Assembly (NCBI GenBank): GCA_964501035.1
Contig: CAZCRK010000012.1
Coordinates: 1 to 34,503 of the forward strand
Direction: 5' to 3'
DNA: 34,503 bases
Shown: positions 1-6,739 of the stretch, in pieces
How positions within the stretch are numbered: the first letter of the stretch is position 1
How the letters are laid out: every line of letters starts with the position of its first letter
The notes under the pieces: generated by a model
The model's input: the letters and a program-made list of their open reading frames with translations, nothing else
What the model was told of the DNA's origin: nothing
Databases searched by the model: none
Translations under genes and position numbers: made by a program

Positions 1-75
1 GCTCCGGTACCTGGACTCGAACCAGGGACACGTGGATTAACAGTCCACTGCTCTAACCAACTGAGCTATACCGGA
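1..75 (-). tRNA. tRNA-Asn(GTT); 3' CCA cut by window edge
   Basis: Reverse complement TCCGGTATAGCTCAGTTGGTTAGAGCAGTGGACTGTTAATCCACGTGTCCCTGGTTCGAGTCCAGGTACCGGAGC folds as a cloverleaf: acceptor TCCGGTA/TACCGGA, anticodon stem GTGGA/TCCAC with loop CTGTTAA (GTT), T-loop TTCGAGT. Confidence 0.97.
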
Positions 76-91
76 ATAAACTATGCTCTAA

Positions 92-109
92 ACAAGCCTA
101 AAAATTTAG
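92..109 (-). promoter_or_regulatory. Candidate tRNA promoter (-10 TAAATT plus downstream motif)
   Basis: Minus strand CTAAATTTTTAGGCTTGT, 16 nt upstream of tRNA-Asn; 15/18 identical to the motif at the equivalent position upstream of tRNA-Phe (24188-24205). Confidence 0.5.
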
Positions 110-158
110 GGCAAGTTTATTAAATAGATGAAATATTATTTTAAAGAATTTTATTTTT

Positions 159-2246
159 TTAATCACCACTTCTTGATGATTCATATTCAGCTATTACTTT
201 TTGAGCCTCATTATGAGGCATGTCCTCATAATGTGAAAAGTCTTGAGTAAACATTCCTCGTCCACTTGTCATTGATTTTAATGCTGTAGAATAATCATGT
301 AAGTTAGCAAGTGGTACTTCAGCATTAATTATTTGGAAATGACCATCAGAATCCATACCAGAAACTTTACCTCTACGTTGAGATACGTCACCCATAATAT
401 CACCCATCATTTCATCGGGTACTTTTACCTGAATTTTATAAATTGGTTCAAGTAATTTGGGTTTTGCTATTTTAAATGCATCTGTAAATGCATGTTTTCC
501 AGCAATTTGAAATGCCATATCATTCGAATCAACAGGATGCATTTTTCCATCGTAAAAATCAATTTTTAAATCAACTACTTTACACCCGGCTAAAATTCCA
601 TCAATGCATAAACTATCAATCCCTTTTTCAACAGAAGGCACAAACCCTCTATCAACATTTTGCCCAACCAAAGAATGTTTAAAATCAATACCTGAACCAC
701 GAGTTCCAGGTTCAATACGTAACCAAACCTCTGCAAACTGTCCTGAACCACCTGATTGTTTCTTATGACGATATTTAGCATCAGAATTTGTAGTAATCGT
801 TTCACGATATGGTACTCTCGGAGTTTCTTTATTCATTTCAACATTAAATCTATCTTTAATTCGTTCTAGTACGGTTTCTAAATGAAGTTCACCCTGACCA
901 GAAATAATAGTTTGTTTGAGTTCAGGATCAACTCGATATTGAAAAGTGGGGTCCTCTTCATGCATTGTAGATAACCCTATTGCTATTTTTTCTTCTTCAC
1001 CGCGAGCTTTTGGTAAAACTGCAATATGCATATTTGGTTTTGGGTATTTAATTTTTGGAAGAATAATTGGACTTTTAGCTGAAGCCATTGTGTCACCTGT
1101 ATGTGTGTTTTTTAACTTCAATGCCGCGCCAATATCTCCAGCAATTAATCTAGAAGCATCTTTTCTGTTTTTCCCATTCATGTAATATACTTGTCGCATT
1201 TTTTCAGATTGATTTCGGGATGTGTTTTGCACATCGTCCCCTGTGTTTACTGCACCAGAATAGACTCTGAAAAATGATAATTCACCCACATGTTCTTCAC
1301 TGATTGTTTTAAACACAACCGCAGATAGATGATCATCAACAGAAGCACCATGATGAATTTCTTCGTCAGAATCAGGTTTAGTGCCATATACTTCTTTGAA
1401 ATCTCCCGCACAAGGGGCGTATCGAGCTAAAATATCCATTACACGTTTTACACCAATATTTTTCTCTCCAGAAGTACAAAATACTGGAATAAGATTTCGT
1501 GACTGAAACGCTGCATGAAGTCCACTACGAAGTTCATCTTCAGTTAACTCACCAGCATCAAAAAACTTTTCGAGAAGTGTATCATCAGATTCTGCAATTA
1601 GTTCAATTAATTCTTCATGTAAAGAGTCAAGTTTTTCTCCCCATTCACCATCAGCTTTTGCTTCAGAATAATCACCAGAACCATCTGTCTTAAAAGTATA
1701 AATTTCTTTTCGTAAGACATCTGCAGTTTGATTAAATCCTTCACCTTCATTTACAGGAATCATAAATGGGAAAACGGTTCTTCCATACCGTTCTTGTAAT
1801 GATGCCAATACTGTATCAAATTTTGATTGATCTCTATCCGCTAAATTCACAATGATTAATCGAGGGATTGCATCTTCTTTTGCATAATCCCATATGAGTT
1901 CTGTTCCAACCTCTATACCTTCTGTTGCATTTACAACTACAGCTGCAAAGTCAGCTACACGTAAAGACGACTTTACTTCGCCATGAAAATCAAGATATCC
2001 CGGTGCATCTAATACATTAAACTTTTTTTCTAACCATTCAAAATTAAGTAATGATAACGAAATGGAATGTTGATGTTCTATTTCATTTTTTCTATAATCA
2101 GAAACTGTAGTTCCTTCACTAATGTTACCACGTTTATGGATTACACCAGCATTCAGTAACATAGATTCTGCTAAAGATGTTTTCCCAGACGCTGAGTGGC
2201 CCACTAAAGCAAGATTGATAACATTTTTTGTTGTATATTCTTTCAT
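159..2246 (-). CDS. fusA2: Elongation factor G paralogue (EF-G2 / EF-G II type)
   Basis: 695 aa with EF-G domains I-V (SGQGELHL, PRVPYRETI, KKQSGGSGQF, HPVDS, LLEPI). G-motifs are divergent: GHSASGKT, DAPGY, NLAD. Not in an rpsL-rpsG-fusA-tuf operon. SD AGAAAGGA upstream. Confidence 0.93.
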   Translation of the reverse strand: MKEYTTKNVINLALVGHSASGKTSLAESMLLNAGVIHKRGNISEGTTVSDYRKNEIEHQHSISLSLLNFEWLEKKFNVLDAPGYLDFHGEVKSSLRVADFAAVVVNATEGIEVGTELIWDYAKEDAIPRLIIVNLADRDQSKFDTVLASLQERYGRTVFPFMIPVNEGEGFNQTADVLRKEIYTFKTDGSGDYSEAKADGEWGEKLDSLHEELIELIAESDDTLLEKFFDAGELTEDELRSGLHAAFQSRNLIPVFCTSGEKNIGVKRVMDILARYAPCAGDFKEVYGTKPDSDEEIHHGASVDDHLSAVVFKTISEEHVGELSFFRVYSGAVNTGDDVQNTSRNQSEKMRQVYYMNGKNRKDASRLIAGDIGAALKLKNTHTGDTMASAKSPIILPKIKYPKPNMHIAVLPKARGEEEKIAIGLSTMHEEDPTFQYRVDPELKQTIISGQGELHLETVLERIKDRFNVEMNKETPRVPYRETITTNSDAKYRHKKQSGGSGQFAEVWLRIEPGTRGSGIDFKHSLVGQNVDRGFVPSVEKGIDSLCIDGILAGCKVVDLKIDFYDGKMHPVDSNDMAFQIAGKHAFTDAFKIAKPKLLEPIYKIQVKVPDEMMGDIMGDVSQRRGKVSGMDSDGHFQIINAEVPLANLHDYSTALKSMTSGRGMFTQDFSHYEDMPHNEAQKVIAEYESSRSGD

Positions 2247-2260
2247 TATATATCCTTTCT

Positions 2261-2297
2261 AAAATATAAAATCCGACATAATACTGCCGGATTTTAT
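2261..2297 (-). terminator. Intrinsic terminator-like hairpin in the fusA2 5' leader
   Basis: Minus strand AUAAAAUCCGGCA-GUAUUA-UGUCGGAUUUUAU followed by AUUUU: 13-bp stem with one G-U pair and a U-rich tail, ending directly before the fusA2 SD. Confidence 0.75.
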
Positions 2298-2305
2298 TCC
2301 AAATT

Positions 2306-2383
2306 TCACAATGTAGTACCCAATTCCCTGGAAGGAATTGGGCTGTAATATCTGCCCAATTCTGTAATAACAATTTTTTTCAT
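2306..2383 (-). CDS. Putative 25-aa leader peptide (uORF) of fusA2: MKKIVITELGRYYSPIPSRELGTTL
   Basis: ATG at 2383-2381, TGA at 2308-2306, purine-rich AGGGAA upstream. Overlaps mutually exclusive hairpin segments and ends 8 nt before the terminator arm. Not in the supplied ORF track (below its length cutoff). Confidence 0.55.
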   Translation of the reverse strand: MKKIVITELGRYYSPIPSRELGTTL

Positions 2384-2446
2384 CTGCACAATTCCCTATT
2401 CAAAAGGGGTTGTAAAGTAAGTGTAAAACTGGCAACTAAACAAGAC

Positions 2447-2719
2447 CTAATTGTCCTTAAACAATGTGGTTTCTTTTTCTTTCTCAATCATTTCTCTTAA
2501 TACAGGTTTAACGTATATCGAGTCTAGTTTTAAATTGGAAAATGCCTCCACCAAACATTTGACTCTATGCTCCATCGGTTTATTTTTATTGACTACAATA
2601 ACAGACTCATTTTCTAAAATACAATACCCACCTTTAAAATTACCTTTACCTTGAACAATTCGAATGCTCATTTCTTCTGCTAACTTTTCAAACTCTGAAA
2701 ATAAATGGGCAGGTTTCAC
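2447..2719 (-). CDS. Small conserved hypothetical protein (FCB-type)
   Basis: 90 aa, overlaps the manC stop by 4 nt (GTGA). The motif GKGNFKGGYCIL...IVVNK resembles a small protein family I recall from Bacteroidota. Confidence 0.8.
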   Translation of the reverse strand: MKPAHLFSEFEKLAEEMSIRIVQGKGNFKGGYCILENESVIVVNKNKPMEHRVKCLVEAFSNLKLDSIYVKPVLREMIEKEKETTLFKDN

Positions 2720-3780
2720 AGATATTCATCTTTATTCATAGACTCAAGCATTTTAACAACATCCTTAACACCTTCAGACATTGATAAAGGAACTACTAAT
2801 GTTGCATCATCTAGATTAATGACTGCCATGTTTTCAACTCCAACTACTGCAGTGAGACGATAAGGACTAATTACTAAGTTATTAGACGAAGAAATTGAAA
2901 GTACATCACCATCAATTACATTCTTTTTTCCAGAACTTAAAATATCAAAAAGTGCTTTCCATGAACCCAAATCATTCCATTCAAAATTGGCCTTGATGGT
3001 ATGCACATTTTTGGCTTTTTCAAGAATTCCATAATCAATACTTTCTGGTTGTATCAACTCCCATTCTCTGTCAAGCACAATATCGTATTTATCGGTTCCT
3101 AATGCATCATAAATTGCATCCAAGGAATCATGTAATTCACACATGAAGGTTTTCATTTCAAGCAAAATTAATTTGGCTTGCCAAATGAACATGCCAGAAT
3201 TCCAAAGAAACTCACCACTTTTAATAAATTTTTCAGCTGTCTCTAAATGAGGTTTTTCAGCAAATGTTTTTACCTTAAACACATTTTCAGAAATTCCATT
3301 TTTGGTTCCATCAAATTGAATGTATCCATATCCCGTCGAAGGGAACGAAGGTTGCACACCCAATGTCATAAGAACAGCATTGTTTTTTGCCGTTTCTTCC
3401 GCTTCCTTTAATGCAGAAAAATATTCACTCTCACCTTGAATTAAATGATCAGCTGGATACACCCCCATAACAGCATTTTGATCACGATGGTACACATGCA
3501 ATGCTGCCAATCCTATTGCAGGTGCTGTATTTTTACCGCTTGGTTCAACAATATAATTTTGTTTAGGAATTTCTTTGATTTCAGTTTGTATCAGTTTGCA
3601 TAATTGGTTAGATGCAACTATTAAAATTTGCTCTGGATTGGATATTTTCATTAATCGTTTAACTGTTAATCCAATCATGGTATCTTCACCCAAAATGTTA
3701 AGCAATTGCTTGGGTTTGTTTTTTCTACTTTTTGGCCAAAAGCGTGAACCACTTCCTCCAGCTAAAATTACATGGTACAT
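2716..3780 (-). CDS. manC: Mannose-1-phosphate guanylyltransferase
   Basis: ILAGGSGSRFWPKSR..PKQLL, EPSGKNTAPAI, PADH, FAEKP, WNSGMF, SIDYGILEK, WNDLGSW. No C-terminal PMI cupin. Confidence 0.95.
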   Translation of the reverse strand: MYHVILAGGSGSRFWPKSRKNKPKQLLNILGEDTMIGLTVKRLMKISNPEQILIVASNQLCKLIQTEIKEIPKQNYIVEPSGKNTAPAIGLAALHVYHRDQNAVMGVYPADHLIQGESEYFSALKEAEETAKNNAVLMTLGVQPSFPSTGYGYIQFDGTKNGISENVFKVKTFAEKPHLETAEKFIKSGEFLWNSGMFIWQAKLILLEMKTFMCELHDSLDAIYDALGTDKYDIVLDREWELIQPESIDYGILEKAKNVHTIKANFEWNDLGSWKALFDILSSGKKNVIDGDVLSISSSNNLVISPYRLTAVVGVENMAVINLDDATLVVPLSMSEGVKDVVKMLESMNKDEYL

Positions 3781-5325
3781 TTATTTTTCCTCAATATTAT
3801 TTAAATATTTTATATCAATTCCTTCAATATCCCAACGAGCTCTTACTTCCACTTTATCCGGATAAAAAACAAATTTTGAAGCTCTTTTATAGGGTTCTAA
3901 AGTTCCTGGGAAATAAGCATTATGGTGTAATTCATTTAGCTTTTCATATGCCCATAGGGTATAGAACCCAGATGGTAAATTTTCTAATCTGAATGTTCCA
4001 TTTTTTACAGTTGAGAAATAAGAAACTTTGGTTAAATCGTTAATTGCTTCAATGCCAATTTTAACCTGAGTATCAAAATCAACTGAACCTAGAATGTTCC
4101 CACCAATGCTTGATTCAACTGAAGAAATATTGTGAGATATAGGAATGTTTATGGTTGAATCTGGAAAGAAATTTGAATAATAATCAGAAAATGTGTTTGG
4201 TAAAATTTCTACACTTGTAATCGAATCTGGAAGATGACTTATGAATACTTGTAGGGGAGTATTTTCCATTAATGAAAATTGATATGCATTTGAATCAACA
4301 AAACCAAAAACGTGTTGATTTTCAATTATTATAGGTTCATTAAATTCTAAAACGAATTCACTACTGTTTGTATAAGAAGAGGAAATCACTGGTGAAAGGG
4401 TGTCAACAATTTCAGGCATTATAAATTGAAATGGTTTAGTTGTGTATGTTTCAACACTATTTTCTAGAGTCTTTGTAATTGCAACGGAATCCCCAACCAT
4501 ATAGGGGGTGCTATTATGTGATACTAAAATAGTTTGGAGTTGTGTGCCATCATTTAACTCTGCAATTCCAAAACTTTGATTTATCAATTCTATAGATTGA
4601 ATTTGTTTATGTTCGATTGGATAATGAAGAAACATTTTGATAGGAGGTAGTTCTTGGTTCTCAATCACTTGAATACTATCCATCATCATCATTGAATACC
4701 GAAATTGTCTTATATTTTCAAGTGGATTATCAAGATTACCTTCTACCCCAAGAATAAAATAATTACCCGGAGTTAAAAAGTCAAATGAGAAATTTCCAAA
4801 TTTTGAGCTTTCTGTTTTACGCACCAATTGGATTGAATCTTGAATGGGATATTGAAACAACCCCACTAGGGACACCTTATTAGAATCGATATTTACAATT
4901 GATCCTGAAATTGAGCCAGTAGGAATAGTTTGTCCCGTTGAAAATATAAATTGAGATGGTGATTGCATTGTATTGCCTTGGTAATCTCTAATATTTCTAG
5001 AAATATCAATTCTGATTACAGATTGATTTTCCCATTCTTCTTCAGGGATAATAATAATTTTTTTACTTCTAATTTTCACACGATAGGTTTGGTTCTCTAT
5101 CATAACAGAAGACGGAATAGAAACTGGATCAACCATTTCATTAAAATAAATAGTAATTGGAGTATCTTTTTCTATGTGGAGTGATTTATTTTCAGGTTCA
5201 ATTTTAGTAATTATAGGTCCTTCTTTGTCTTCGGGGCCACCTGATGCAGTTCCTTGAGCTGCACACGAAAAGAAGAAAAGAACACATAATATTAGTAAGA
5301 AGTTGGATTTAATATGCGAAATCAT
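3781..5325 (-). CDS. Lipoprotein with Big_5/SbsA-type Ig-like domains
   Basis: Lipobox FFSC-A then ASGGPEDKEGP and I.I.FNE, typical of the conserved FCB Ig-like lipoprotein; second DTLSP...LEFNEPI repeat; C-terminal VRARWD. Confidence 0.8.
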   Translation of the reverse strand: MISHIKSNFLLILCVLFFFSCAAQGTASGGPEDKEGPIITKIEPENKSLHIEKDTPITIYFNEMVDPVSIPSSVMIENQTYRVKIRSKKIIIIPEEEWENQSVIRIDISRNIRDYQGNTMQSPSQFIFSTGQTIPTGSISGSIVNIDSNKVSLVGLFQYPIQDSIQLVRKTESSKFGNFSFDFLTPGNYFILGVEGNLDNPLENIRQFRYSMMMMDSIQVIENQELPPIKMFLHYPIEHKQIQSIELINQSFGIAELNDGTQLQTILVSHNSTPYMVGDSVAITKTLENSVETYTTKPFQFIMPEIVDTLSPVISSSYTNSSEFVLEFNEPIIIENQHVFGFVDSNAYQFSLMENTPLQVFISHLPDSITSVEILPNTFSDYYSNFFPDSTINIPISHNISSVESSIGGNILGSVDFDTQVKIGIEAINDLTKVSYFSTVKNGTFRLENLPSGFYTLWAYEKLNELHHNAYFPGTLEPYKRASKFVFYPDKVEVRARWDIEGIDIKYLNNIEEK

Positions 5326-5406
5326 ATCACAAAATTTCGGAATATTTGCAGGGTTTCACAAGGATTTGTTTTTTTGAATTTATTTCAAATTCATAGCATT
5401 ATTTCT

Positions 5407-5434
5407 TTGCAAATTGATTATTTCACACTAAATT
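5407..5434 (+). promoter_or_regulatory. Candidate sigma70 promoter giving a leaderless yqgE mRNA
   Basis: TTGCAA(5407-5412)-16 nt-TAAATT(5429-5434)-5 nt-ATG(5440); no SD before the start codon. Confidence 0.45.
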
Positions 5435-5439
5435 GAAAC

Positions 5440-5991
5440 ATGGGACAAAGCTTTAAAAATCACTTCCTTATATCTATGCCGCATTTGTTGGATCCTGTTT
5501 TCAAACATACAATTTTACTCTTATGTAACCATGATGCAGATGGCGCAATGGGAGTTATAATTAATAAACCGATTCCATCTGCAAATGTGGAAGAAATTCT
5601 ACAAGAAACTGGGTTGGTTAATATAAATCCACATCCAGAAGTTTATTTTGGTGGACCGGTAAGTGTAAGTACGGGTATGATTTTACACGATTCAAATTAT
5701 AATTCTGAAAACTCACTTCATATTTCAAGCCAAATCAATATTACTTCAAACGAACAGGTAATTGAAGATATTAAATCTGGGAATGGCCCTCAAAAATTTA
5801 GGTTTGCACTTGGTTATGCTGGTTGGGGGGCAGGGCAACTTGAACGGGAAATTGAAAATGGTGATTGGTTAATGATGCCAGCAGATTTTGATTTTATTTT
5901 TAATACACCTGATAGAATTAAATGGTCGTCATCTGCTCAACAATTTGGAATCAATATCTCAGATTTTTCTGGCCCAACTGGCTTGGCCTAA
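5440..5991 (+). CDS. yqgE: YqgE/AlgH family protein (DUF179)
   Basis: FLISMP..DPVF, HDADGAMGVIINKP, YFGGPV, LGYAGWGAGQLEREI..GDW. Confidence 0.95.
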   Translation: MGQSFKNHFLISMPHLLDPVFKHTILLLCNHDADGAMGVIINKPIPSANVEEILQETGLVNINPHPEVYFGGPVSVSTGMILHDSNYNSENSLHISSQINITSNEQVIEDIKSGNGPQKFRFALGYAGWGAGQLEREIENGDWLMMPADFDFIFNTPDRIKWSSSAQQFGINISDFSGPTGLA

Positions 5992-6672
5992 TCATAATAA
6001 TCCTGAATCTGCAAAACTTGTAACTTCATCTCCAGCAATGATAAAATGATCGTGTACAGTAACGTCAATGTTTGCACATGCTTGTTGTAATTTTTTTGTG
6101 ATTTTAATATCGTCCTGTGATGGATTTGGATTTCCGGATGGGTGATTGTGAACAAAAATTACGGCAGCGGAATCTTTTTCTATGATGAGTTTTATGACTT
6201 CTCTTGGGTAAACTGCAGAGGTTGTTAATGTTCCTTCAAATAAGGTTTCCATACTTTGAATTTGGTTTCGTCCATTTAGTAAAATGATTTTGAATACTTC
6301 TCTATTGCATCCTGAAAGTTCATGTTTTAAATATCGTAACACATCTGGTGAGGATGAAATAAAATCTGCATCAATTACCTTTTCTTTAAGATACCTATTT
6401 GCAGTGGATTGAATAAGTTTGAGTCCAAAAATGTTTGACTGACCGATTCCATCTATATCTAATAACTGTTTTGGAGAAGCTTCCAAAACCCCACGCAAAT
6501 TTTTAAACTTTTTGAGTAATCGTTTTGCAGTAGGTTTTTGATCTCGTCGATGGTCTGCTAATTTTAGAAGTAATTCAATCACTTCATAATCAAGAAAACC
6601 ATCTAATCCATTATGGAGAAATCGTTGTCGCAGTCGAGCGTAATGGCCAATCTTTGTATTTTGTTTTTGCAT
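5992..6672 (-). CDS. radC: RadC family JAB-domain protein (full length, with HhH region)
   Basis: GHYARLRQRF, IDGIG HhH, VYPREV, HNHPSGNPNPSQDD, VHDHFII. Confidence 0.95.
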   Translation of the reverse strand: MQKQNTKIGHYARLRQRFLHNGLDGFLDYEVIELLLKLADHRRDQKPTAKRLLKKFKNLRGVLEASPKQLLDIDGIGQSNIFGLKLIQSTANRYLKEKVIDADFISSSPDVLRYLKHELSGCNREVFKIILLNGRNQIQSMETLFEGTLTTSAVYPREVIKLIIEKDSAAVIFVHNHPSGNPNPSQDDIKITKKLQQACANIDVTVHDHFIIAGDEVTSFADSGLL

Positions 6673-6739
6673 GGAACACCCTATTTATTAATCGATAGAA
6701 AATAGGATGCTTGGCTAATATAAAAAAAGATTTAAATCT

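Noticed and set aside
2134..2373. 79-aa ORF in the track overlapping the fusA2 start
   Set aside because: TTG start with no SD, runs through the terminator and out of frame into fusA2. The ATG-initiated 25-codon uORF in another frame explains the region better.
5385..5395. Short inverted repeat TGAATTT-N5-AAATTCA starting near 5375 in the divergent intergenic region
   Set aside because: Only 7 bp and nearly all A/T; expected by chance at this composition.
5992..6672. radC as a marker of a mobile element
   Set aside because: It is the full-length HhH+JAB chromosomal type, and no integrase, relaxase or phage genes are nearby.
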